Below are positions 1 through 8,827 of a stretch of 64,000 nt of DNA, piece by piece. The translations under genes were made by a program, and so were the position numbers. Numbering within the stretch: the stretch's first letter is position 1; every line of letters starts with the position of its first letter. Source of the stretch: a virus (taxonomy: Duplodnaviria; Heunggongvirae; Uroviricota; Caudoviricetes); the IMG/VR virus record IMGVR_UViG_3300013307_000015; one strand, written 5' to 3'. The notes beneath the pieces are model-generated. The model was not told the DNA's origin, did not search any database, and was given only the letters and a program-made list of their open reading frames with translations.

Positions 1-525
1 TGCACCTTGCCCCACTGCGCCACCCATGCCGTAGAACGTCCACAGGTTAGGCCCGAAAGCCCGACTGATAGAGCGATCATTGGTCAGCCGAACATTGTCA
101 CCGATTGAGGAGGTGAATGTCACGCCATCCAAGCTGCAATTGCCTGCTATCACCGTCAAGGTGGTGCCTGACCGATAGAACCCGGAGATGTTGAAACCAT
201 TCGTGGGTCCCGCCGGATAGTTCCCGGTCACTGTGGTATCGCCACCTGTGGTCGAGAATGCACTGAAGCCGCCTCCTCGATCGATATACAAGCCTCGACC
301 GAAGTTAGCGTTGTTCGCCCCAGTGTAGTCGACGGTATAGTACTGCGTGCCTGCTTCCAACACCGAGACACCGAAGCTCTTGCCGTACCACCAACTCCAC
401 GCGAGTCGACCGTTCGCTCCTGCGAGTCGTTGCAGACCCGCATTACCTGCGCTGATAGGGTTGCCCTGCTGTGTTTCATTGCGTGCTTGTCCGATACTGA
501 TCGGACCGGAGGATTGCATCGTCAT
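1..525 (-). CDS. Tail-fibre adhesin/tip protein with gp38-like N-terminus (partial, runs off window start)
   Basis: Not in the ORF track. Manual translation from ATG at 525 (GGAG upstream) is open to base 1: MTMQSSGPISIGQARNETQQGNPISAGNAGLQRLAGANGRLAWSWWYGKSF..., then a Gly-rich beta-type body. It directly follows a fibre gene carrying an S74 chaperone. Confidence 0.75.
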   Translation of the reverse strand, partial: MTMQSSGPISIGQARNETQQGNPISAGNAGLQRLAGANGRLAWSWWYGKSFGVSVLEAGTQYYTVDYTGANNANFGRGLYIDRGGGFSAFSTTGGDTTVTGNYPAGPTNGFNISGFYRSGTTLTVIAGNCSLDGVTFTSSIGDNVRLTNDRSISRAFGPNLWTFYGMGGAVGQGA

Positions 526-537
526 GATGGTTCTCCG

Positions 538-2139
538 TTACGCTGGCAGCAAATCCGACTCCACCTCTTCGGCTTCGACGTCTTCTACCGGTAAGAACGT
601 GCCGAGTCCGGCACGACGCACCGCACGAATCACGCCATCCACCTTCAGGTCGACCGCCTTGATGCCTTCCACCACGAGAGCTGCAAGCTTCTCGTACTGG
701 ATCGTCAGGTAGTCTTCACCCGAAATCGAACGGCCATCCGTGCCGCGATCCCAGCTCGTCAGACCCACGACTTCCGGTGCGACGTTCTTGACTTCACCCG
801 CCAAGAGACCCATGTAGCGACGGACTTTGTCGACACCCGTCATCGCCACAGCCAGATCGTTGTGGTTGTACGTCACACCGTGCAACGAATGGATCTTCTT
901 GAGCGGATTCTTGATCGTCTGGATGTTCTCCTTAAGACGCTCGTCCGACATGAAGGCCCAGATATCGTTGTTACAGTAGATCGTCCCCGAGGCATGGATG
1001 TCGCCTGCCAAGTCGATGTTGCCCGACGAGTAGACGTAACCGAACGACACGCCTTGTCCGATACCCGTGTAAGCGTACGGATTACCTGCCGGTGCTTTAC
1101 CGTTGATCTGGTTTTGCAGGTTGTTGATGTTGCCGGAGAATTCCGGATACGCCACGAGGCCACCGAGGTCAGTCGAATCCACCTGAGCACGCAAGCGCGA
1201 GCCGTCCCAGCCGAGATAAACCTTGTTGCTGCCTTGGCTGGCACCACCGCCTTGCTGAACCGGCGTGTACGGCAACTTCGCCGCATTGACAGCGCTCGTA
1301 ATGGCTGCGTCGGTCTGCGCGGTCGTATAGGCACCGACTTGCGCAGCGGTTGTTCGGTGCGGATTGTTGAAGTTGTTCTCGTGCGAGGTCAACTCCGTGC
1401 TCACCGCGTTGATGTTGGTCTGAAGCGCATTCTTTGCCGCCGTCAGATTCGCATCGCTTTGTGCCGTGGTGTACGACCCGACTTGAGCAGCCGTGACCTT
1501 ATGCGGGTTGCTGAAGTTGCTGATGTGCGCATTGAGCGTACTTTGCAACTGCGCCACGCCCGTATTGATCTGGTCGGTCGCGAGATCGATGTACTTGTAG
1601 ATCGCATCATGCGAGGCTTCATCGCCCAGCAAAATTGCGTCACGAATACGGTCGAGTGCTGCCACCGTGTACTCGAAGCCGAACAGGTCGCCTGCATCGT
1701 GCAAGTGAGCGCTCGGCGGGAACGCATCGGGCTTGCCGATAATGGACGGCCACGTTGCGGGACGATCGTCCAGATTCAGGTTGTTGATCTGCTGGATGAT
1801 CGCGGCTGCCGAGTACGAATACTCGCCACCCACGGCTTGATACTGCAACGACACCGACGAAGACACCGTCGGATCGGTGATCATGATGATGGTCATGACC
1901 TCCATGCCGGTATCAAGCGATGCTGCTGTCACCAACTCCGCACAGTAGAACTGATCAGCCGTCAGGGGATGATTGGTTGCTGTGTCGGTGATGATGAGGC
2001 TCTTCGTGTAGAACGGCCCGTACGAAGGTCCAACCACCCGGATCTTCCGAGCAGGCATCGTCTGAATATCCCCAGTGACGAGGTTATTCGGATCTTGCCC
2101 TGTCGGATCGAACGGGTAACGAATCACAGGGGTACTCAT
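538..2139 (-). CDS. Tail fibre protein with C-terminal peptidase S74 intramolecular chaperone (phiKZ gp146-like)
   Basis: N-terminal YPFDPTG domain; two H-x4-NPH-x2-TAAQVG repeats; 'YTPVQQGGG...NKVYLGWDG' fibre motif; 'SDERLKENI...GLLAGEV...YEKL' chaperone signature. Confidence 0.85.
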   Translation of the reverse strand: MSTPVIRYPFDPTGQDPNNLVTGDIQTMPARKIRVVGPSYGPFYTKSLIITDTATNHPLTADQFYCAELVTAASLDTGMEVMTIIMITDPTVSSSVSLQYQAVGGEYSYSAAAIIQQINNLNLDDRPATWPSIIGKPDAFPPSAHLHDAGDLFGFEYTVAALDRIRDAILLGDEASHDAIYKYIDLATDQINTGVAQLQSTLNAHISNFSNPHKVTAAQVGSYTTAQSDANLTAAKNALQTNINAVSTELTSHENNFNNPHRTTAAQVGAYTTAQTDAAITSAVNAAKLPYTPVQQGGGASQGSNKVYLGWDGSRLRAQVDSTDLGGLVAYPEFSGNINNLQNQINGKAPAGNPYAYTGIGQGVSFGYVYSSGNIDLAGDIHASGTIYCNNDIWAFMSDERLKENIQTIKNPLKKIHSLHGVTYNHNDLAVAMTGVDKVRRYMGLLAGEVKNVAPEVVGLTSWDRGTDGRSISGEDYLTIQYEKLAALVVEGIKAVDLKVDGVIRAVRRAGLGTFLPVEDVEAEEVESDLLPA

Positions 2140-2167
2140 GTTTTTACTACTCCGTTATCTGTTCGAT

Positions 2168-4030
2168 TTAGCCACCGACCGAAGCCTTCAGGTCGTTGAA
2201 CGCCGTCGTCATCGCGGAAAGCGCACTCACCACATCGGAGACACGAGCAAAACCGTCTTCCACGATGTAGTTCATGCCAGTGGGCTCGGTCGAAGTCGGC
2301 CCGCTGGCTGCCGTGAAGATGATGCCGATCGGGTTCAACTCCGTCGAAACCATGAAGTTCACTTGGCCCTTGGTCTTCGCCCAGATTTCGATGGTTGCCA
2401 CACCGTTGCTGTCCGTGCCTGCGCGCCAGCCGAACTGCACGCTTACTGCCACGCCCGCCATGTTGATGACAGTCATGGTCGGCTGCGTGGTGCGTGCCGA
2501 GAGCGTAAGCAAGTACAGACCCGATTGCGTATCGTTGTAGCTATCGCCACCCGAGACAATCAACTGCGCATCCGGCAACTTCGTGGACGAATCAGTGCCA
2601 GGCAGGTGGATGTAGCCGAGCTTGGTCCAGAGGTTGGTCGACTGCGTGACGTTCTGCGGTTGCTCCGATTGCTGAGCGCCGGCGGGCGTAGACGACTGCA
2701 CCATGTCGATGAACTGCTGCGGCGTGTAGCCCGCAAAGAGCGACGAGTCCGCAGCTTTACCGGCCAAGATAGCTGCTTGCAACGTCGGCTGGTCCATGCC
2801 ATAGACGTGATTCGCATCGTTGGCGGTGCCGCTCAAGATGGCGCTGGTCAACTGCGTTTGCGAAAGACCGTACACGGTCTGCGCATTCAGAGCCGTATCG
2901 GCTGTGCCAGCCGTCGCTGCTTTACCTGCCAGCACGGCTGCCGTAAAGGCTGCCGGTGTTTGACCGCCGAACTTCGCGGAGTCCGCTGCTTGTGCGGTCG
3001 AGCCCAGTTTGCCGAGCAACAAGTTGTCGACTTCTGCCTTCGAGTAGGCACCCACTTGACCTGCATTGACACGGTGCGGGTTCGTGTAGTCGTTCTCGTG
3101 CAGCGCCAGCTGCGCCACCACACCGTTGTTCACGAGCGTCGCGGTCTTAAGCGGCGTCATGTAGACGTCGTCACGCGTGCCTGCGCTGGCATCTGACGTG
3201 GACGCAACACCATAGTTCTGGACGTTGCCCAGACCCACTTGCGTGGCAGTGGTTTGGTGAGGGTTGGTGTGGTCTGCCTCGTGGTTCGCGAGTGCCTGAC
3301 TCGGGATGTTCTGCACTGCCAGCGCCGTCATAGCCGGCGTCATGTACAGGTCGTTGCGCACCCCGGCTTGTGCATCTGCTGCGGTCGCGACGGCGTAGTT
3401 CTGGACGTTGCCAAGTCCGACCTGTGTAGCAGTCACCAAGTGCGGGTTGTTGTGGTCGGCCAAGTGAGCAGCCAGACCCGTCGAACCCGTTTGACGCAGC
3501 ATGTCGCTGATCTGGTTGATCGCGTTGACCACATCGCTCATGCCAACCAGGTCGACCAGATTCCACTCGTGGTCGATAACCGGGAAGGTGACCGGTTGTT
3601 CCGTGACCTGCTCCCACGTCGTGATACGCGGATTGTGCAGACGGTCCGCGAGGATCTTCTGGATTGCATCGGTGTCGATCGTCCAGATACCACCCAGCGT
3701 CTGATACTTCAGCTGGATTTGGCCAGCCAGCATCGTGTTGTAGAAGCTGATCGAGCCAGCGATCGGGGTAGCACACGCGAGCGACGCATCGTGGAACATA
3801 TGCGTGCAAACGTAGTCAACCCCTTCGACCAGCGTTCTGACATTACCGGTCGTATCCTTGAACGTAATCACCAACGAATTGACGAAATACGGAGCAAGGT
3901 TCGGAACGATAAAGTGAAAATCCCGGTAGTTCTGTGCAGTAAGAATTTGCTGCTCAGCCGGGATCAAATTTGATGCCAACTTGCCCGTCGGATCAAACGG
4001 ATAAGTCGTGCCGTCGATGGGTGTCGACAT
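2168..4030 (-). CDS. Tail fibre protein (phiKZ gp145-like)
   Basis: Same YPFDPTG N-terminal domain as its neighbour; three NPH repeats (two with TATQVGLGNVQNY); Ala/Thr-rich shaft; beta-rich C-terminal domain. Confidence 0.8.
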   Translation of the reverse strand: MSTPIDGTTYPFDPTGKLASNLIPAEQQILTAQNYRDFHFIVPNLAPYFVNSLVITFKDTTGNVRTLVEGVDYVCTHMFHDASLACATPIAGSISFYNTMLAGQIQLKYQTLGGIWTIDTDAIQKILADRLHNPRITTWEQVTEQPVTFPVIDHEWNLVDLVGMSDVVNAINQISDMLRQTGSTGLAAHLADHNNPHLVTATQVGLGNVQNYAVATAADAQAGVRNDLYMTPAMTALAVQNIPSQALANHEADHTNPHQTTATQVGLGNVQNYGVASTSDASAGTRDDVYMTPLKTATLVNNGVVAQLALHENDYTNPHRVNAGQVGAYSKAEVDNLLLGKLGSTAQAADSAKFGGQTPAAFTAAVLAGKAATAGTADTALNAQTVYGLSQTQLTSAILSGTANDANHVYGMDQPTLQAAILAGKAADSSLFAGYTPQQFIDMVQSSTPAGAQQSEQPQNVTQSTNLWTKLGYIHLPGTDSSTKLPDAQLIVSGGDSYNDTQSGLYLLTLSARTTQPTMTVINMAGVAVSVQFGWRAGTDSNGVATIEIWAKTKGQVNFMVSTELNPIGIIFTAASGPTSTEPTGMNYIVEDGFARVSDVVSALSAMTTAFNDLKASVGG

Positions 4031-4115
4031 AAATGCACTCCCGCGTGAAGAAGCTAATGTTGTGATTCAAAGTCAAACGACTATACTATTTGCACTTTCT
4101 TAAGGCGAACTCCCT

Positions 4116-5390
4116 ATGGCCTACACCCTTGTATCAGCGATCGCAAAGCCTATTGGAGGCGGGGGTCGCTGGGTCAATGTCGACATCTCGAATCTGTCGT
4201 TCAACGACATTTTCCAGACGTATTTGCGTGTGATTGCGACGTTGTCGAATCCGTTTGACAGCGCACCCACTGCATTGGATTTGGCACAAATCGAGTACAC
4301 GATTGCCGATCCGTCGATTACGTTCAGTCAGTACCTGCAAAACATTGGTACTGCATCGTTGCCGACAACACCAAATCCGCCCGTCATCAAGACAGCGTAC
4401 GCCAAGTACAACGACGCATTCAACGCAGGGTATTCGGTCACGCCAGTCTCACTGGATGCAGCCATCGACACGCAGTTGCCGGACGCTGCGAAGACTTCGC
4501 TTAAGCTCACCGACTACACCAACAGCGTAGAACCGGAGACGAATCCGATTAACTTTACGCTCTTTGGCAAAAGCTGCATGGTGTCAGTCAACGGTTACTG
4601 GCATTACGTGGCAGCCGATTCGACAGGTGCGCTGGTGCGTGATGCCATGGTCAGCTGCGTGAAGAGCAACCGCAACACCATCGGTATCTGGTCGCTGGCC
4701 AATCTGGGATCGATCGAGTACATCGATCTGAAGCCGGAGATGATTTACACGCAAGACCCGACTTCCAGTCTTTCGAAGGGCGTGTATATCGACATCGGGC
4801 AGGATATCAGCAACAAGACGGTATTGCTTGTTATCGCTGGTTACCTTCATGTCGTGGATGACCGCTTCCCCGTCTTCAGTCGAGTCGGCGATCAAGTGGT
4901 GAAAATCGACTGGGGTAACTTCCCGTACGTTGATCGTTACTTCGAACAGGCTGAGACGATTGACCTGTCGCCCATGAACCTCACCCACACCGCGAACAAC
5001 GACTCTCAAGTAGCAGTCAGCGAACTGATGAGCGATGCCGCGATCCGTGCGTACTGTTCGTTGTCGCAGTCGTTTGTCGTCTTGCTCGATAACACGGAAG
5101 TGTTTGTCGACTATCAGGACGTGACGTCCACGGGTCCGGGTGTCTACATCGGTTATCAGGAACCGAACTGGCCGCTCCTGACGGGACACGGGAAGGTGAG
5201 CGAGTGGTGGAGTACGGAAGAAACAGGACAGTGGGGTGTGTGCATTGCAGACAGTCGCATGGACACTCGCACCTACAACACGACCGATCTGGCGCTTAAC
5301 AGCGTAGCGGCGAATCGAATTCCGGCTCGTACGCATTTCGTCAGTCCTGCCCAGTACCTGAAACTGGGAACGGATGTCAATTTCAATTGA
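4116..5390 (+). CDS. Putative virion structural protein (phiKZ-family)
   Basis: 424-aa ORF divergent from the fibre genes, with normal codon usage, ending at a hairpin. Confidence 0.65.
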   Translation: MAYTLVSAIAKPIGGGGRWVNVDISNLSFNDIFQTYLRVIATLSNPFDSAPTALDLAQIEYTIADPSITFSQYLQNIGTASLPTTPNPPVIKTAYAKYNDAFNAGYSVTPVSLDAAIDTQLPDAAKTSLKLTDYTNSVEPETNPINFTLFGKSCMVSVNGYWHYVAADSTGALVRDAMVSCVKSNRNTIGIWSLANLGSIEYIDLKPEMIYTQDPTSSLSKGVYIDIGQDISNKTVLLVIAGYLHVVDDRFPVFSRVGDQVVKIDWGNFPYVDRYFEQAETIDLSPMNLTHTANNDSQVAVSELMSDAAIRAYCSLSQSFVVLLDNTEVFVDYQDVTSTGPGVYIGYQEPNWPLLTGHGKVSEWWSTEETGQWGVCIADSRMDTRTYNTTDLALNSVAANRIPARTHFVSPAQYLKLGTDVNFN

Positions 5391-5446
5391 CGGCATAAAG
5401 CCCACTAACACCCTGACACAGCTGGGGTGTTAGTGGGTCTATGCCG
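5391..5446. terminator. Bidirectional hairpin flanked by CGGCATA/TATGCCG
   Basis: 13-bp stem CCCACTAACACCC (5401-5413) / GGGTGTTAGTGGG (5425-5437) between convergent genes. Confidence 0.8.
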
Positions 5447-5464
5447 CTTCTTGCGAATACACCA

Positions 5465-5890
5465 TCAAGACGTCAAGATTTGACGGTGGACCAACAACTG
5501 CTTGACGTCCTTTTCGATGTCTTCCGGTCTGCCGTAACGCAGCCAGCGTGGCATCGCCGCAATGATCTGTTTGGCGGCCCGATCGATCAAGTCGGGAGTG
5601 ATCTGCTCTTCCAGAACAGACACATCGACAATTTCAGAAAGGGTTTTGCCATGCCAGATCGCCTTGCTCAGATGGACCGGCAACTTCAGTGCTGCGTCAT
5701 TGTTGGACAGACCCATGAGCTTGTTCAGCTTCTCCAACATCGGGTCGTCGTAAGGCGCTGGGCCTTGTTGTCCTTCTTTGGCGCGGGCAAAGAATGAAGC
5801 CAGAAACATCAAGCGCTTGGTGCGTCGAGGAAGATAGTTCGCGAGCAAATGCTCACCATATTCCTTGATTGCCGCCGAGGCTCGGTTCAT
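5465..5890 (-). CDS. Hypothetical protein
   Basis: Start moved to MNRASAAIK (ATG 5890, GGAG upstream); 141 aa. Confidence 0.7.
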   Translation of the reverse strand: MNRASAAIKEYGEHLLANYLPRRTKRLMFLASFFARAKEGQQGPAPYDDPMLEKLNKLMGLSNNDAALKLPVHLSKAIWHGKTLSEIVDVSVLEEQITPDLIDRAAKQIIAAMPRWLRYGRPEDIEKDVKQLLVHRQILTS

Positions 5891-5961
5891 TTGGAACTCC
5901 GAACGAGAGGATGTGCGGCCTCTATCTGTATTGGTTTGACCGCACGGCAAAGGGGGGTTTA

Positions 5962-7536
5962 TCAATCAACTGCTACGGGTGCCGTCGCCTTATCCGTAAT
6001 TACTCGGATGTTGGAGTACATTCCTGCCCAAATGCCAACTGCCCCATCAATCTCGATGACAGTTGCGTGACGAAATGCGAGTTCGCTTTCGAGCCACGTA
6101 ATGAGGCTGACCTTCGGGTTGAACTTCTCCAGACGCCGTAGTCCATTACGATCCAGCAAGTCAATGCCAAGCGTCAACTTCAATGTCGCTTGACCGAGTT
6201 CCCCCGTAGCAGCGTCTGACAGGTAATTTGCCATGACGTCCAGTGCTGCGAACCCGACGGTGTATTGTTCCTTGAGAACACGTTGAAGCGTGCTTTCTTT
6301 TTTAACCGTTTTGACAACTGTCTCATAAAGAATAGGCGTCAAATCCGTCACGACCAGATTACTTGCACGTTCCTTGCCAGCGACGACGGCTTTTTCGCCA
6401 TCCAGGAACAGGTCGAGTTTTTCAGCCAGAAAACCGATGTTCTCGACAGCACGGTATGCAAGCTTCGCCGGACGGAATTGTGCGGTGAGCGGCTCGTCAT
6501 CTGCACCAACGAGATCGTACCGGTACTTGTCCCCCCGGTACATCGCGAGATGTCCGTAAGCGGACAACTCTTTGTGTACATCTGCCTTGAAGACGTTACC
6601 TACGACCATCTTCATCAGGTTGTCGGTGTTGTCGGCCATGTCGGCTTGGTAAGCCAAAATCGACTCGATCACCGGGTCGGGTTCCTGTAGCCGGATCACG
6701 GCGTAGGACCCATCCGCCGAACGCATGCCGTGTTCGTCGTCTTCTTTTCCGTGGTTGCCGAGGTAGTATTCACCCGGCGTGAGATGCGTGCGACGCGTGT
6801 TGAAGTAGAGGTTCTGGTGCGAGATGAACGGATGCTTGTCCGCATTGTAGCCCCAGTAGCCGTCTGCTTCGCTCGTGTTAATCTCGGCTTTGACTTGCTT
6901 GGCCAGCGAATGGATCGTACCGATCATGGCCAGCCGGTCTGCCTTCATGTTGCCGAGGATATCCGAGTGAGCTTTCACCCAGTCGAAATCGACCGTGATG
7001 TTCTTGGCCCGCAGACCTTCTGCCAACTCGAACAGCCGACGCCAGTTGTCGACGTTGGTGATCGGCGAGCCGTCGCTGCGTCGCCAACCGTACTTCTTCC
7101 ACGAGTACACCCAGTTCGTCATGCCTTTGCGGACATACTCGCTGTCGGTGTAGATGCGCACCATCGAAACTGCATACTTCTCTGCGTGCAGCAAACCGTA
7201 GTAAGCTGCATCGATTTCTGCGACGTTGTTCGTCACCGTACGGCCAGCGGCCATGTCGATGTTGTAGCTGCCAAAACCATCGACGTAGTGCAACGGTGTC
7301 ACCGGCTTGATCTTGCCTTCTTTGACGTGCTCGTCAGTCTTCAGAAGGTAGCCGTCTTCAGTCAGAATGTGGTCGGGATTACCCGAGCCTTTCTTCGGTT
7401 CGGTGAAGCTAAAGAGATAACCATGCAAGCCCCAACCACCGAAGCCCGGATTGGGAATGCACGAACCATCCGTCCACAGGCACATGCCTTGTTTGACTTC
7501 TTGGTCCGGTTGCTTTTCGGAACTCGTCTTGCTCAT
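5962..7536 (-). CDS. rnh: Ribonuclease H, long phiKZ-type (gp155-like)
   Basis: RNase HI motifs WTDGSCIPNPG, TNNVAEI, IYTDSEYV, WVKAHS..GNMKADRLA, followed by a C-terminal extension of about 300 aa. Confidence 0.9.
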   Translation of the reverse strand: MSKTSSEKQPDQEVKQGMCLWTDGSCIPNPGFGGWGLHGYLFSFTEPKKGSGNPDHILTEDGYLLKTDEHVKEGKIKPVTPLHYVDGFGSYNIDMAAGRTVTNNVAEIDAAYYGLLHAEKYAVSMVRIYTDSEYVRKGMTNWVYSWKKYGWRRSDGSPITNVDNWRRLFELAEGLRAKNITVDFDWVKAHSDILGNMKADRLAMIGTIHSLAKQVKAEINTSEADGYWGYNADKHPFISHQNLYFNTRRTHLTPGEYYLGNHGKEDDEHGMRSADGSYAVIRLQEPDPVIESILAYQADMADNTDNLMKMVVGNVFKADVHKELSAYGHLAMYRGDKYRYDLVGADDEPLTAQFRPAKLAYRAVENIGFLAEKLDLFLDGEKAVVAGKERASNLVVTDLTPILYETVVKTVKKESTLQRVLKEQYTVGFAALDVMANYLSDAATGELGQATLKLTLGIDLLDRNGLRRLEKFNPKVSLITWLESELAFRHATVIEIDGAVGIWAGMYSNIRVITDKATAPVAVD

Positions 7537-7577
7537 GTTTTTGGTCCTGTTTGGGTCGAGTATTCGATCTAAATGAT

Positions 7578-8045
7578 CTACTGACCCAATGAAATCTGAT
7601 GACCAGACAGATAGTCCTGACAATCCTTGAGATACTGTTGGTGACTATCGCGCAGGCGTTTCTTGAGTTCCCCGATGTACATGTACAACGCTTTAATCTG
7701 GTCTTCAGCGACCTGATCGAAAGCATGGGGATCGTTGCTGTTGGTCAGCTTAGCCAATTTGTCGTAAGGCAGGTCTGGCTCGCGAGGCAAGGGTGGTAAC
7801 TTGTAGATGGGACAAACCGCCGTGACCGACGGTTTTTTCCTCTCGTTACCCGAGTCCGGAGTCGTCTCATTGGCCGACTCCGTCTTGATGGCTTCATCCG
7901 ATAAACTGGCGGTTGCCAGTGCTGCACTCGCCCGTTTGGGTTCAGCAGCATCGGTCACTATCATTGTCGTGTGGTTAAACGAATTGCATGATGTCAAACC
8001 AAGAAAGAGCGACACGACCGTCAGGGATTTGCGTGTGGTGATCAT
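7578..8045 (-). CDS. Lipoprotein, candidate o-spanin
   Basis: Signal peptide with lipobox LTS-C20 and Asn at +2; Pro-rich segment CPIYKLPPLPREPDLP; C-terminal helix with a further Cys. Confidence 0.6.
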   Translation of the reverse strand: MITTRKSLTVVSLFLGLTSCNSFNHTTMIVTDAAEPKRASAALATASLSDEAIKTESANETTPDSGNERKKPSVTAVCPIYKLPPLPREPDLPYDKLAKLTNSNDPHAFDQVAEDQIKALYMYIGELKKRLRDSHQQYLKDCQDYLSGHQISLGQ

Positions 8046-8062
8046 GATGGTTGTCTGAAAAA

Positions 8063-8698
8063 CTAGTGTCGATACGGATCATGCATGAAATCCGGTGACG
8101 AGTAGAAAGCATCTTCACGTCGTTGGTTTTCACGTTGGATTTCCGCTTGCTTGGCACGGATGTCGTCGAGAGTTTTTTTCCACTCCTTATACCGACGAGT
8201 TGCTTCTGGCGAGTTGTTATTCTGATTCGGATGCGGCTTATGAACCGGCTCAGGCTTTTGCCGGTGCGGTGTGCGACGCGGCACCGGCGGAACATCTGCT
8301 GGAGCAGGCTGCTCTTCCATAGGCGTCGGGACAGGCTCGTCAGGCGGAGGCTGAACAGGCGTAACCGTTTGTGTAACTTCCTGTTCAACTTGCGGCTTTT
8401 CTTGCTTCGGCGTTTCTTTTGGAACCGTCGAAGGTTTGACAACGGGATGCGAGGATTGATTAATCCCCTTGTATTTATCCTCCAGTTCCTTGTACTTGCG
8501 GTCAAGGATGACGTAGTCGGCGGAGATCTTCACAAGCTTCGGAAGAGTGAACATGTTCAGAAAGAAAGACAGCAAGATGAGGCCGATCAAGAACACGCGC
8601 ATCTTGTTGGTCTTGAGGGCCTCCTTGATGCTCTTCTCACCGAGAATCATTTCCTTGATGAAAGGAAACAAAAACGTGAGGAGTTTGAAAGCTGACAT
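8063..8698 (-). CDS. Single-pass membrane protein, candidate i-spanin
   Basis: Hydrophobic segment VFLIGLILLSFFLNMFTL, short coiled coil, Pro-rich linker, charged C-terminal helix; lies immediately upstream of the lipoprotein gene. Confidence 0.6.
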   Translation of the reverse strand: MSAFKLLTFLFPFIKEMILGEKSIKEALKTNKMRVFLIGLILLSFFLNMFTLPKLVKISADYVILDRKYKELEDKYKGINQSSHPVVKPSTVPKETPKQEKPQVEQEVTQTVTPVQPPPDEPVPTPMEEQPAPADVPPVPRRTPHRQKPEPVHKPHPNQNNNSPEATRRYKEWKKTLDDIRAKQAEIQRENQRREDAFYSSPDFMHDPYRH

Positions 8699-8827
8699 AA
8701 GGCGGTCCTTTAGTTCATTTTATAGCTTCAAGTTACCATGGCTGGTAACGAAATGCAAGAATGCTCTTCTTTTTCATTATTTCTCGCTCGATTTTCGCGG
8801 GAACAGCTGCTGCACTAGGAGAAATCC

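Noticed and set aside
1-4030. Diversity-generating retroelement or invertase shufflon at the fibre locus
   Set aside because: No reverse transcriptase, template/variable repeat pair or recombinase is seen in the window; sequence left of base 1 cannot be assessed.
8063-8698. TonB-like annotation of the Pro-rich membrane protein
   Set aside because: There is no TonB C-terminal domain; the similarity is only compositional.
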